From positions 27,032,001 through 27,096,000 of the forward strand of contig NW_027361700.1 of NCBI RefSeq assembly GCF_039654945.1: DNA of 64,000 bases, written 5' to 3'. Shown here piece after piece: positions 25,655 to 39,672 of this stretch (positions are counted from its first letter, which is position 1; each line of letters begins with the position of its first letter). Position numbers and translations under genes: made by a program. The notes under the pieces are model-generated. The model made no database searches. It saw nothing but the letters and a program-made list of their open reading frames with translations, and was not told the DNA's origin. Origin of the DNA: Dendrobates tinctorius (taxonomy: Eukaryota).

Positions 25655-27886
25655 TCACGCTTTGGTCTCGATCTTGTCTACTTTTGTGGATACCAATCTC
25701 CCGTCCACTCTCTCCTCGGTGATTGTTGTCACAAGGCGGTTTTTTTTTGGATCTGAAAAAGAGAGAAATTTCAATAAGGTGAATTGGAAATCTTCTTATT
25801 CGTCATGAAAGCTGTGAGTTCTTTGTTAGGGAAACTAGAGAATGAGTACCTTTGCTTATAAAAGATGGACCTACCAATGTATTATGTGCAATGTAGTCAA
25901 TTATGCACATTTTAACACAATTCCATAGCCCCAGTGTCCCAGTGATATTAAGTTCACAGTTACCTGTCACTGATGATGAATCAGATCTTCTTGAAGACCA
26001 TTCAGTGTTGCTTGAGCCACTGACTGAGCCACTGGCCATGCCACTTCCTGAGGCACTACCCGAGACACTGGTTGAGCTGTAGCTGGAGCTATTGCCGGAG
26101 ACATTCACTGAGCCACTTCCTGAACCACTGACTGATGTATTGCGTGACATACTAGCAGATCCCCTGCTTGAACCACCGCTTGAAACACTGCAAAAAAAAA
26201 TAGTATTTTTGAACAAAACTTCATGACCCAATATAATTCACTATTGAGAAGACCTTAATAATCAGTACGTTTTTATTATGAGTCATTTAAGATAGGAAGA
26301 ATGAATCCAAAATTCTAGATTTTTGATAATCATTGCCCTAAATAATTGCCCTAAAACGGGATTTGAGCAGTTCTATCTATCCTTAGTTTAGCCATCCCTT
26401 AGCCACCAAGAAATTCTGGTGCAACTAAAGAGGTACCGTTGACAAAGTCTCTGTAGTTGTTATGGGGCCTATAGCTGTGGTAACCTATTTGAAGCTGGAT
26501 CTATCACATTTCTCTGTAGGTCATACGAACATGTATCAGTCTTCCTTTCTCCACAATTTGGACAAACAAGTAAGCAGGGTGCGAAACTAATGTTCCTGCT
26601 ATCATTCTTTTGTCACCAGAAACAATTGAGGGAAGACAAGGCCCTATAATTCTGGAACCATGTTAAGATGTAATGTAGACTTTCTCCTCTCTTTCTCTAT
26701 ATATATTGTATAGATGTACTTTGATCCTTAACATGATCTGGGAACACAAACTATTAAAGCAATAATGAGACATGTCTTTCCCTTACTTTTCTCCATCCAG
26801 CAGTTGACGGTACATTTCTATTTCATTTTCCAGCCTGGTCTTGATGTCCAGAAGTAGCTTGTACTCATAAGATTGGTTCTCCATATCACAACGCACTTGA
26901 GATAGTTGGTCCTCCAGTTTGGAAACTTTATCTTGAATATGACTCAGATGGCATGAATAGCGACCCTGGGTCTCAGCCAATGTGTTCTCCAGAGAACATT
27001 TCTAGATGAGGATAAAATGCTGATGACTGATTCGTGTTGAACAAAATTACATGCTACCCACCAATAGACTGGTAATAATTTCGATTTAGTATATGTATAT
27101 ATATATATTCTCCATCAGTAAAATCTTCATATTCTATTTACAGGAGAAAACACAGGAGAACAACAGAGTCCATACTATATTAATAAGTATAACTTTATTG
27201 ATACAACACAAAGACATTGAAACGAGAAACAGGACAGGTATACTGGTGTAGTAGGAGGTCAATCAAATTAATTAAGCCTGAAACCATTAAAAAGGAACAG
27301 ACTGGCAGTGTGTTGTTCTCCTGTGTTTTCTCATCTGATTGAGAGTCGTCTCTATGGACTGAATGAGGCTGCATCTGAATTGTTACAGTTATGTACCGAG
27401 AATGTATTTTTGGAGTTTTTTCTGCATATTCTATTTACAAATCCATACATGACACATGAATACCACATAGATATATATATATATATATATCTTACCATGG
27501 CAAGTAGACTCTGGAGTTCTATTTCCAAAGTCTGCATAGTACGTCTCAATTCGGTGGCTTCGGACTTGCCTGTCTCGATTTCTGCACTACTACAGGAAAT
27601 CTCATTGCTTAGTTCAGTGATCTAATGTAACAAAAATAACAGCAAATAAAACAAGAAAATTCAAGAGATTCCAAGATAAACTGTGGAAAAATTGTCAAGC
27701 ACACCTTTTGGTTGTATTCTTTCTCTGCTGTTTTACGGTAGTCTTCGGCCAATTCTTCATATTGAGCCCTCGTCTCATTAAGAACCTTCAGGATGCTGAT
27801 GCCTGGAGCAGCGTCCACTTGTACATTGACATCACTGGTTTGTCCTTGCAAGGCCTTCATTTCCTACGCATAGGGTTGATAAGTTA

Positions 27887-27925
<39 letters not shown>

Positions 27926-30629
27926 ATTGACAAGTAAGTATCCAAATGAATAATTAATTGTTAGATCTATACCAAGATGGCATTGAAGTTTATGATCTAA
28001 ATTTATATTGTTGCTTTTGTGAAATTTTGGCGCATTGACTAAAGCATTTGTAGATGAATTTTTTACCTCTTCATGCATTTTCTTGCAAGAAGCAATTTCT
28101 TCTCTTAGGTTCTCAATTTGACTCTCAAGACTAGCCTTTTCTAGAGTCAGGTCATCCAGAACTTTACGTAGTCCATCAATGTCAGCTTCCACACTCTGGC
28201 GCATGTTCAGCTCACTCTCGAACCTATAGAAGTCATAAGTCAAATAACTTCTATGTTATCAAATTACCTTATTGGTTTTCCTCTTTTTTTTACTATAGGG
28301 GCAGTAAACTGGCTGACACTGCTGTGCTATTTATACGGGTCCATTTCCCACAAACGGAACCAAAACACTTCAGGCTCTAATGACTGGAAAAGGGGCTAAG
28401 GGGTCAGTTCTTGACTCAGGGATCTTTTCTTTGGTGTTGTTGGAACCCCGATGTCATGCTTTACCCCCTTGAAACTTACACTAGGCATAATGTATCAGTT
28501 ACCCTAAATGTTCTCATAAGTCTTCATGTTTTCTCCATTTTGTAGTCTCATAATAGTTTGACTCCTATAAGCATGGCTCTTACAGATATACACATTTCAC
28601 AAAGTCCTAAATATACAGGCAAAATCATTTGCCAAGTTGTGCAGACAATTTTAAAATTTTAGTTAATATTTGGGAAAATAGAAGACTGAGCATAGGTTTT
28701 TAGAAACAATCATATTATGGGATTATATATTCTAAACTGTGCCTTGGTGTACATCGTTTTTTCTTATAGGCAAAACTTTTTGAAAAGTTTATTGGCTTCT
28801 GCATGCTTACAAAAATACCAGCAGGTGGCAATATATACTTAGGAATTATTATGTCGCTGCACCCATCAGTGGTGCTTAGAAATATATTTAGCTGGAAAAG
28901 TTTAACTCAGGTCTTTAAATAATACAGGATCAAAAATATAAATGAGATCCTTGTCCGAAACTGGCTTTAGGTATGTTTTAAAACCATTCATATTATTGAC
29001 TGCCACAAATAATTTCTCTACAAAGAAGAACTCTCATATAAAAGGAAAAATATCCTCAAGCCCCAGACAGAAAAAGTACAAACTTACTTCACTCTGAAGT
29101 CTTCAGCTGCCAGCCTTGCATTGTCCACCTCAACAGTGAGTTGATTATTGTCCAGAGTGGCATTAATGATCTATAGTAAAAGGTAAAACCATAAGTTCGC
29201 TGTATAGTAAAAAAGAATACCTAGATGGAAGAATTGTACATGCACTTATCAAGACTTTTTCCCTAATTGTCATGCTTTTGGAACTTCTTGTGCCCATGTT
29301 ATTGTTTATACCAGTGGCTGATCACTTGTTTCAAATCTACAAGTTGTAGCTCAGCCATAACTGTAGAGAAACAGCTTGTAGACTACTAGTCTGTATCTAG
29401 AAGTGTATTGTAATGTTCCTGGGTACCAATGCTCAATCTGTAACAAATCTTATCACCCAATTTATGCACTAAGGCAGCAGGACCTGGATAGAAGTTCTAC
29501 CTCTTGCCTTTTATGACTTTAACTGTACTGCTGTCTATACACTCAGTTTGTTACTACCAGATTATAGATTATGTTGTCCCAAAAAGGTGATAAAATAAAT
29601 AAGGTTTGGCAGAGCACGTACCTGATCTTTGAGGTCTTCGATGGTCTTGTAATAATTGCTGTTGTCTACTTTTTTAGGTTGATGTGCTTCATACCAGTTT
29701 TTGATTTTATTCTCAAGTTCTGAATTTGAGTCTTCTAAGTCCCTCACCTTATCCATATAGGCAGACAAACGAGAATTTAGATTCTGCATGGTTTCTTTTT
29801 TACCCGTCTGAAGGAGACCCTCTCCTCCATTTGAGAAGCCACCTACTGAGCCTGTGTTAAAACCTCCTCTTTGTCCACAAGTTGCATTTCCAGCACTAAA
29901 ACCACCAAATACTCCATTTCCAGAAACACCACAGTGACCACTGCCATATCCTTGTCGTCCACCTGAGCTTCTACTGGAATATCCACCTGTTGACCTACTG
30001 CTGTAACCCCCACTGAAGCTTCCAGCTCCACTTCTTGAGACATTGCCAGAGCTACCACTAGTGCCTCCTCTCTGCCCACTAGAACCACTGGTATATCCAG
30101 AAGAACTCCCCCCATAGCCTCCACTAGAACCACCAGAATTTCCACCAGAACTTACTCTGTAACCTCCAGAAGAACTACTAGTATGTCCACCAGAGCTGCC
30201 AGAGCTGCCTCCATAACCACCACTGGATCCCGTAGTAGAACTGCCAGTATTTGCAGTGGAGCTTCCAGCTGGTTGCTTTCCACTCACATTTCTGCTGGAA
30301 CTAGCACCAAGCCCTGTCCCTGTTTGTACACTAGAATGACTCTCGAAGCCTACTCTATGTCTGGATGTTGAGCTGCTCCCTGACACACCATCTCTAACAC
30401 TGCCTGAATTTACGTAACCTCCTTGTCTATTAGTCTGGCTTGAACTTCCATATGCAGCACCAGAATCCTCTCCATGATATCCAGTGGTTGCTTCTCCACT
30501 TCCTCCTCTCTGTGATCCAGTAGAACCCTTTACTTGAGATCCGTCATCACAGTTTTCAGGTTGTCTTACTGCCCTGTTGGATCCTGCATTCCCATAGGCT
30601 TCTTGAACGTTTGAGTTTCTGTAGGACAT
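25655..30629 (-). CDS. Type I keratin B with very long Gly/Ser head and extended tail, 8 exons, 689 aa, intact
   Basis: Exons 30629-29622 (1008), 29170-29088 (83), 28223-28067 (157), 27863-27705, 27621-27496 (126), 27001-26787, 26187-25964 (224), 25752-25655; GT-AG and in phase; [24 protein letters not shown]; AATAAA at 25113-25118. Confidence 0.95.
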
Positions 30630-30709
30630 TCTCAAAGAGATGATGGTATTACTCGAAGAGAAGAGTTAGTTGTCAATGTGCGGGATAAAATCGAAGTACG
30701 ATTTCAGCA

Positions 30710-30716
30710 TTTTATA
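30710..30716 (-). promoter_or_regulatory. TATA box of keratin B
   Basis: TATAAAA on the minus strand ~80 bp upstream of the ATG at 30629. Confidence 0.75.
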
Positions 30717-31628
30717 GTAAACCAGGAGTTACGAGCAGCATTCCTTTGCAATGGAAGTAATACAAGGTTTGGTAATAACTGGCTCGGAGACCATTCTATT
30801 AAAAATATGTAATAAAGGTTGGAGCTAAGGTGGAGCTATCTAAGATATTTATTGGCCCAATTTACTCCATTGTTTAATGTTTTTTAGTATTATTTTAATG
30901 ATTACACTGCAGTAAATAATTAAAATTCAAGACTTCCTATGGACAACAATCATTTTTTTTATTGGCAATGGAGTAAAATCAACCAACGAACTTAGAATAA
31001 ACTCTGAACAATAAAATGATGCCACCATAAAACCTATACAAAATTATAGGTAGCAATTTTTGTTGAGGTTGTTATTCTCACAAAGGCCTCTATTATTATT
31101 ATATAGTCTATTATTGGTTGAAAACTAAGGATTATATGATGATATAGTAGTAGTACTGTGGTCATGTTCTCATTATTATTCATTGCAACCAAGATGAGTT
31201 AGTGAGTTCTTGAAATTTTTCTGGTTTTATTAGAATTTAGCCAAATGCATACAATCCTATGCGGTGGGCATAGGGAGACTCTGTACATAAGTGTAAAGGT
31301 ACGATATGGTGGGTTTGTGCAACTTGGAGAATAAATGTGTAATTAATTCCCCAAGTGACAGTCCAGTGCCATATAATCACTCTGTCGGCTGCCCACACAA
31401 GTCTTATGGCAGGTCTAACCGTGTGCAGCCATCCAAACAGTCATTCTGCTGCTGTTTCTTGTATTCTGAACTTTTTTTTCTCACTCCAATTTTGGTCTGT
31501 AAACAAGTAGATATATAAGAACATAGCTTTATTCTTGTGGAACTTGTCCATATATTTTAATATTCTAAGCCAAAGCCCAATGAATAGACTAGCTATGTCT
31601 ATTGTGTTTCCATCACATTTTACATTAA

Positions 31629-34199
31629 CCCCTTCATGACCGGAGGTATTTTCATTTTTGGGTTTTCGTTTTTTGCGCCCCTTCTTCCCAGAGCTATACA
31701 TTTTTTATCTTTCTGTCAATATGACCATGTGAGGGCTTGTTTTTTGCGTGACAAGTTGTACTTTTGAATGACACCATTGATTTTAACATATCATGCACTG
31801 GAAAACGGGAAAAAAAATCCAAGTGCGGTGAAATTGCAAAAAAGTGCAATTCCACAGTTATTTTTTTTTTTAACCATGTTCACTAAATAATAAAACTGAC
31901 CTGCCACTATGATTGTCCAGGTCATTTTGAGTTCATATACACCAAACATGTCTAGGTTCTTTTTTATTTAAGTGGAGAAAAAAAGCCAAACTTTGGATTT
32001 TAAAAAAAAAAAAGTCGCTATTTTCCGAGACCTTAAGTGTCTCCATTTTTCGTGACCTGGGGCTAGGTGATAGCTTATTTTTTGCGCTCCAAGCTGAAAT
32101 TTTTATTGTTACCATTTTGGTGTAGATATGATCTTTCGATTGGCCTTTATTGCAATGTAGCGGTGGCCAACAATGCGTAATTCTGGCGTTTTTAATTTTT
32201 TCATGTTATGCCTTTTACCATTCGGTTTAATTATTTTTTTATATTGATAGAACGGGTGATTCTGAACACATTGTTACCTAATATGTGTATATTAGATTTT
32301 TTTTGTTGTTTTATTTTGAAAGGGGTGAAAATGGGGTGACTTGAACATTTATATACCGTATATAATCTTGCCACAAAAAACTGGGAAAACTTATTGACTT
32401 GTGTATAAGCCTAGGGTGGAAAATGCAGCAGCTACTGGTAAATTTAAAAAATAAAAATAGATAACAATAAAAGTAAATTAATTGTGACATCAGTAGGTTA
32501 AATGTTTTTGAATAACCATATTGAATCAGGAGCCCCATATAATGCTCCATACAATTCATGATGGGCCCCTTAAGACGCTCTATATAAAATACACCCCATA
32601 TAATGCTGCACAAAGGTTAATAATGCCCCCATAATATGCTCCATAGAATAATATGCCCCTTATAATGCTACATAAAGGTTATGCCCCCATAAGATGCTCC
32701 ATAGTTATCCCCCGATAAGATGCCCCATTTAATATGTGCCCATATGCTGCTCCATAGAATATGCCCCATATGCTGCTTCATAGACTATGCCCCCTTATGC
32801 TGCCCCACAGAATATGCCCCCATATGCTGCTCCATAGACTATGCCCCCATATGCTGCCCCATAAAATATGCCCCTATATGCTGCCCCATAGAATATGCCC
32901 CATATGCTGCTCCATAGACTATGCCCCCATATGCTGCCCCATAGAATATGCCCCCATATGCTGCTCCATAGACTATGCCCCATATGCTGCCCCTTATAAT
33001 ATGCCCCCATATGCTGCTCCATAGAATATGCCCCCATATGCTGCTCCATATAATGTGCCCCCATATGCTGCTCCATAGAATATGCCCCCATATGCTGCCC
33101 CCATAAGATGCTCCATATATTATGCCCCCATATGCTGCTGCAAAAAAAAATGTCATACTCACCTATCCTGCTCAGGACCCGGCACCTGAGATATTCACCT
33201 GTCCGGGGTCCATCGCTGCTCAACGCTGGTCTGCCGCTTCCTGTGTCAGTGACTGTTCAGCCAGCAGAGGGAGCAGTGCGCACTAACCACATCACCGCAC
33301 CCTCTGCTGCCTAAATGTCACTGACATAGGACACAGCAGAAAGCGGTGAGCAGCGATGGACCACGGACAGGTGAATATCGCTATACTTACCCCTTCCTGG
33401 GGCGGTCTCTGCAGCCCCGCTTCTCCAGGTCTCCCTTCCTGCCTTCAGCGGTCACGTGATACCGCTCATTACACTCATTACACACATAACCACTGAAGGC
33501 AGGAAGGGAGACCGTGGAGAAGTGGGGGGGCTGCAGAGACCGTGCCAGGGGGGTAAGTATGATCTCTGGCATCCCCGCTGTCCCTCCCCCGCCAACCTCC
33601 AGGTTTATGGCTCATGTATAAGCCAAGAGGGGGACTTTCAGCCCCAAAAAATGGGCAGAAAATCTCGGTTTATACATGAGTAAATATGGTATATATTTTT
33701 TAAAAAAAAACAAAACATTTTTTCCTTTTTGCATGCTTCAATAGTCTCCATGGGAGACTAGAAGCTGCAGTTGTCTGATCGCCTCTGCTACACACAGATC
33801 GCCTGTGTGTAGCAGAAATGCTCACCTGCTATGAGCGCCAACTACCAGGCGGCGCTCATAGCCATCCCGGAATGACAACTATAGAAGTCTGCTTCAGAAC
33901 TCTGGTTGTCATGCCGACCCATCGGTGACCCACGATCAGGTGACAGGGTCACCAATGGCGAGATTTCCAAACCGCTTCCGGTAAATGCAAGTTAAATGCC
34001 ACTGTCACAGATTGACAGCCGCATTTAACTAGTTAACAGCCGTGGGTGGATAGCAATTCCACAAGCGGCTGTTAGAGAAACATGTCAGCTGTTCAAAACA
34101 GCTGACATGTGCCGGGAAAGATGTGGGCTGCTCTGGAGCCCACATCAAAGGGAGGGTTTCCGAAGTGGGCGTACTATTACGTCCAACGTTAGAAAGGGG
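31629..34199. mobile_element. Non-autonomous TTAA-specific (piggyBac-like) DNA element with nested insertion
   Basis: TTAA|CCCCTT ... AAGGGG|TTAA; related, in opposite orientation, to the element at 54667-59033. Confidence 0.75.
32355..33691. mobile_element. Nested non-autonomous DNA element containing a ~27-bp minisatellite (32690-33140)
   Basis: TACCGTATAT ... AAATATGGTA termini in TA-rich context; unit CCCCATATGCTGCTCCATAGAATATG. Confidence 0.6.
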
Positions 34200-34316
34200 T
34201 TAATGGTCTATTACCAAGGTGCTCAATCTGTGGTATATATGCCCCATGTGCCTGTGGGGCACAAATGCTGTGCTTTTGATGGTCTGCACAGTGTACAATT
34301 ATAGTTGTGAGTACTT

Positions 34317-35965
34317 GTAAGGGTGTGCTGGGATCAATTCATGTCCTGCATCCCTTCCTGATAAAACAAGTACATTTTAAGTGCAACATGGTCTATTATG
34401 TGATGACTTATGTGTGTTTTTTGTAAGACTAGGGACAGAGTTAGGAAACTAAAGTACAAGTATAGGAATTAGTTAGAGTAGTAAGAATGGTTAGAATTGG
34501 GTTTAGTAAAGTGGAGGGCACTGTACTTTAAGAAGTTAGATAAGTTCAGGACAGAAGTAGTTAAGGAGATAAGGGATTTTCTAGCTGGGAGAAGTAGGAG
34601 TGGTTATAGTTGGGACACTTCCTGGTTTAGAGTAGTTAGTGACTTGGATAGAGATCAGTGAGATTGTTCCAGATACGAGTTGGGTGGGAGCAACAGTTCA
34701 GCGCCATAGGGTTGAAAGTCACATTGAAATGAGGAAATGAGAGCAGTATAAGAATGACAGCGGCTAGGTTCAATGGGATATCCCGGAACGTCCGAGACCT
34801 ATGGTCTGGAAAAGGTATGGAAGAGCCATTCTTAATGTCGCCCTTGAAGGGGAAAACAAGAGAGGATTAGCAAGCAAGAACTAGCTTGGAAAATTGGGAA
34901 GCTGCAGTACCGAATAGTATGTTTCAAGGACAAGGATTGTCAGGAGAGCAAGGGATAGCACAGGTGGAAGGAACTGTGGCCAATGAAAATTACTGTGCAG
35001 TATCTGTGACTGAATTGACCTATTTGAGTAAGGGTAATGTCGAAAATGGACTCGGAGTCAGTCCATATGTGATGACACCTGTAACCGAGACCATGGAGAT
35101 CTTCAATCCCAAAGTGAGTGTTGTGCACTACACATGAACCACACGACAGACAGGACATTATATTTTCTTGCAGGGTGCCAGGGTGTGCAGAAACAGCATC
35201 CCCTCACCGTGACTACCGAGTCCTTTTTCAGCATATTTACTTTACTCAATAAGTTCAATTCAGTCACAGATACCGCACAGAAATTTTCATTGAGCACAGA
35301 TCCTTCCATCTGTGCTATCCCTTGCTCTCCTGGTAATCCTTGTCCTTGAAACATACTATTTGGTACCGTAGCTTCCAAATTCTCTGAGCTAGTTCTTGCT
35401 TTGGGATCCTCGCCATTTTTTCCTCCGAGTGCTACATTAAAGATGTCTCTTCCATACCTTTTCCATACCATAGGCCTTGGACGTTCCAGGATATCCCATT
35501 GAACCTAGTCGCTGTGGTTCCCCTGCTACTCCTGTTTCCTCATATCAATGTGACTTTCAACCCCATCACCCTGAACTGTTGTTCCCACTGAACTCGTATC
35601 TGGAATAATCTCACTGATCTCCATCCAACTCACTAACTACTCTAAGCCAGGAAGTGTCCCAACTATAACTACTCCTAACTGCTCCCAACTGGGAAATCCC
35701 TTATATCCTTAACTACTCCTGTCCTGAACTTACCTAACTTCTTAAAGAACAGTGCCCTCCACTGTACTAAACCCAATTCTAACCGTTCTTACAACTCTAA
35801 CTAATTCCTACACTTGTACTTTAGTTTCCTAACTCTGTCCCTAGTCTTACAAAAATACACAACTGTAAATTACAATTATCTCATCATATACCATGTTACA
35901 CTTAAAATGTACCCGTTTTATCAGGAATGGATGCAGGACATGAATTGATCCCGACACACCCTTAC
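34317..35965. repeat. Long inverted repeat: ~750-bp arms, ~145-bp spacer
   Basis: 34317-~35063 is the diverged reverse complement of ~35210-35965; ORFs 34886(+) and 35471(-) encode matching peptides (VPNSMFQGQGL.GEQGIAQ.EG). Confidence 0.93.
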
Positions 35966-36898
35966 TTTGAAGTCATGTAAGTAGGGGGTACGTGGAACAT
36001 TGAGAAACACTGTTGTAAAATGCAACTTAAAAATCTTTGACCATATAAAATTTTTCGTATTTTAATTGCCTTCCCTCAAATGGACATACTATTATAATGT
36101 AAAAGATTGTGCTGATGATCATCATGGGAGCCTGTCTGTTTAACCCCTTTGATTGTATGGTCGATAACTCCCTCTGCAAGCCCAATAGCACACCACACTT
36201 CAATGACTTGGTGCTAACAGGTTACCATAGCAACCTGAGACCTAAATGTCTGCCCTATAAGCCTAGGTATTCCCTAAGTATATGTCTATTACTTAGGTGA
36301 GGATTAAAGGGTTGTTCTCATCTTCTTTTGGAGGAGCACACCTCTTTCCTACCAACTGGCTTCCTGCTTCATGATTGAAAGTTTGACCATGACATTGTGG
36401 CACCATTACCCAAACTGTGCAACCTCTAATGCTGCTTTATGAGGCAGGTTTGCCTCTGCAGCATCAGAGCAGCAGGGTATCACTGAAGCTAACTGGTTAT
36501 CGGAAGCTAACAATTTGCTCTAGCGATCAGAGCAGCGCTGACAAGCTCTCTTGGAAAGAGCTAGTGAGCACTGCAATCCATGCTTAGGAGACCGGCCTCC
36601 TCTAATAGACTGCAACAGTGACCGGCAATGGTGACTGGCAACCTAGGCAATGAATAGTAAACAATAAACTGAGAAATCCCTCCTCGTGGAGAACCGAGAT
36701 GATTTTTAATAACTTGTTAATTACAAAATTGCTTGTTTTTAAAAGCCCTCTTGAATTTTACCCATTAAAGAACTTGAAAATAACTCCTTTAAACCTTTTT
36801 GGGCTGCTTCAATCAGAGTTGCATGTACTGTAGACTTCTACCCAAATGATAAACTTACATTTTCATGTGAATATTCCTTATCTTTTAAAGGGAACATG

Positions 36899-37063
36899 TG
36901 TTAGGCGCTGGGATTCTCCCTCTGCACAGAATGGATCCCACGCCTTGTCATCTCCTGCCTTGTTCACACTAGCTGCAGTTTTCCATATCTGCACGGTGGA
37001 CCCCGGGTTGTGAATGCACTATTACCATTATATTTTATTTAGTGCATTCTACTAACCCTAACA
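36899..37063 (+). mobile_element. Short internally deleted solo LTR inserted in a T2-type MITE
   Basis: TGTTAGG...CCTAACA termini; near-TSD ACATG/ACATA; interrupts TTAAAGGGAAC..TCACC. Confidence 0.6.
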
Positions 37064-39662
37064 ACATATCACCATGTTTTGAGTCTCTGAAAAATACCAC
37101 TACCTTTGTCTGTTCCTGCGCTGCTTTCCACAAATGTGTCTAGTACATCTTGATTACCCCTGTATATACCCCAACATAACATCTAAATTGCACCTGTGCT
37201 GTATTTAAATGAGAATGGTCCTGTTCAATGGGTGTCCTCGCTGTGGCGTCTGTGCCACCTTTCTGCTCCTAATTGCAGTCCTCCAGCTTCATCCATATAA
37301 GGGAGATAAGATTTTGTGCCTGCCCAGTAGCCTTGCATACCCATGCAGGCACAAAATCTCATTTTGCTATCTAGATGACACAGGACACATCATCCATGTC
37401 AATCAAACCCATAGGGCGATTAAAATGATATTTTTTGGGGTATACAGAGGGAGTCCAGAGATGATAGGCACATTTGTGGTATGTAGCACAGGAGCAGTTA
37501 GGTGGTTGTTCAGAGACTCAAATAATGGTGACAAGTTCCATATAATCTGCACAGTATTTCACTTGATAGAACTTCACATCCTGCTATGAGGAGGGGTACG
37601 TGGGGGGTGAACAATTTTCCCATATTTTATAACATACCTTTTTAGGAAGCTGTGGTAAGCTGTTGTATTTCACCCTATCATTGCATGTACAAGTAAAGAC
37701 TGAAACATGCATGTTCTCCACTCTTTCTTACCCTTTTCCAGCTTACTTGTTGGTCCGTGTTATGTTGGTTCCCAATGCATAACTTGCAGCTCCAAGGCCA
37801 TATCTGAAATAGGGACCCCACCTAACATGTGCCATTAACTGAAAAATATTAGTGTCGTCTTACACCGTGTGCAGAATTATTAGGCAAGTTGTATTTGAGA
37901 GGATCCTTTTTATCATTGAATAACAAATATGTTCTCAATCAACCCAAAAGACTCATAGATATCAAAGCTTAATATTTTTGGAAGTTGGAGTGGGTTTTTT
38001 TTAGATTTGGCTATCTTAGGAGGATATCTGTTTGTGCAGATAACTATTACAGTGCAGAATTATTAGGCAACTTAATAAAAACCAAATATATACCCATCTC
38101 ACTTGTTTATTTTCACCAGGTAAACCAATAGAGCAACACAAAAGAAATAATTATTTCTGACATTCAAAAACAAAACAAAAAAAATCAGTACCAATATAGC
38201 CACCTTTCTTTACGATGACACTCAAAAGCCTTTCATCCATCAATTCTGTCAGTTGCTTGATCTGTTTACGATCAACATTGCGTGCCGCAGCCACCACAGC
38301 CTACCAGACACTGTTCTGAGAGACTGTTTTCACTCCCTGTAGATCTCACATTTTATGAGGGACCACAGATTCTCTATGGGGTTCAGATCAGGTGAACAAG
38401 GGGGCCATGTCATTATTTTTTCTTCTTTTAGACCTTTACTGGCCAGCCACGCTGTGGAGTATTTGGATGCATGTGATGGAGCATTGTCCTGCATGAAAAT
38501 CATGTCTTTCTTGAACGATACCGACTTCTTCCTGTACCACTGCTTGAAGAAACTGCCAGTAGGTCTGGGAGTTGAGCTTCACTCCATCCTCAACCCGAAA
38601 AGGTCCCACAAGTTCATCTTTGATGATACCAGCCAATACCAGAACCCCACCTCCACCTTGCTGGCGTCGGAGTCGGAGTGGAGCTCTCTGCCCTTTACTG
38701 ATCCAGACTTGGGCCCATCCATCTGGCCAATCAAGAGCCGCTCTCATTTCATCAGTCCATAAAACCTTAGAAAAATCAGTCTTAAGATATTTCTTGGCCC
38801 AGTCTTGACGTTTTATCTTATGCTTCTTGTTGAAAGGTGGTTGTTTTTCAGCCTTCCTTAGCTTGGCTGTTGTGAGTTCATTTTCCCCTTCACCATTGAG
38901 GTCTGATGAACTCCCTCTTCTGGTGAAGGAAGGTAGTGAGGCTGATTACCAAGCACCTGAGCAGGATGGTGATGACTGGGTGACTGGAATTGCTGACTGG
39001 ATATAAGGCAGCCAACGCCCTTCTGCCTTGCTGGTGATTTCTCAGAGGGATTCTAGGAGACCAGTCTGATTCTGCTCCTCAAAAGCTAAGTTTTCTGCTC
39101 TGCTTTTTGCATTTGTGTTTTGGTTTTGTTTTGCCTTGTTTTTCTGGATTTCTGCCATTCCCTGCTGGGGTGAGCTGAATTCCTTTTTGCTCTGTCTTCA
39201 GAAAATACCTGAGTACTGATATAGTCTTTTTGAAGCCTAGCGTCTTCAGGGCTTTTTTCATCAGTCTGTTGGCTCATGTTTTGATAGGGTTTTGGCGGAT
39301 TGCAGACAGCAGCTTTTCTATCCTGTCCTATTTAGTTAGCTTGGGCCCCATCATTTGCTCAGCCTATCTTTCTATCTGTGTGAGTGTTTTTTCATCTTGC
39401 TTCACCGTCATTATATGTTGGGGGCTGCCTATTGCTTTGGGGTCTGCTCTGGGGCAGTTTAGATTTCCCTTTCTCTCTTTAGGCTATTTAGTTCTCTGGC
39501 TGTGATCGAGGGGTCTAGGGCACCGTAGGTACCCCCACGGCAACTGCTAGTTGTTGTTGATAGGTTCAGGGGTCTGCAATCCGATAGCTGCCAACTTCTC
39601 TGGTTTTCTGGACTTAGCTAGTATTTCTGGTTTTGCCTCCTACGGTGACTCATTCATAACAG

Positions 39663-39672
39663 AATCACCAGC
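39663..39672 (+). promoter_or_regulatory. Self-priming primer-binding site of the Gypsy element
   Basis: AATCACCAGC is the exact reverse complement of GCTGGTGATT (39030-39039), 28 nt downstream of the LTR TATAA start at 39002; no TGG tRNA PBS. Confidence 0.8.

Noticed and set aside
32720-33223. Cys/Tyr/Gly-rich repetitive ORFs resembling keratin-associated proteins
   Set aside because: They come from a ~27-bp minisatellite inside a nested transposon and are open on both strands with no gene structure
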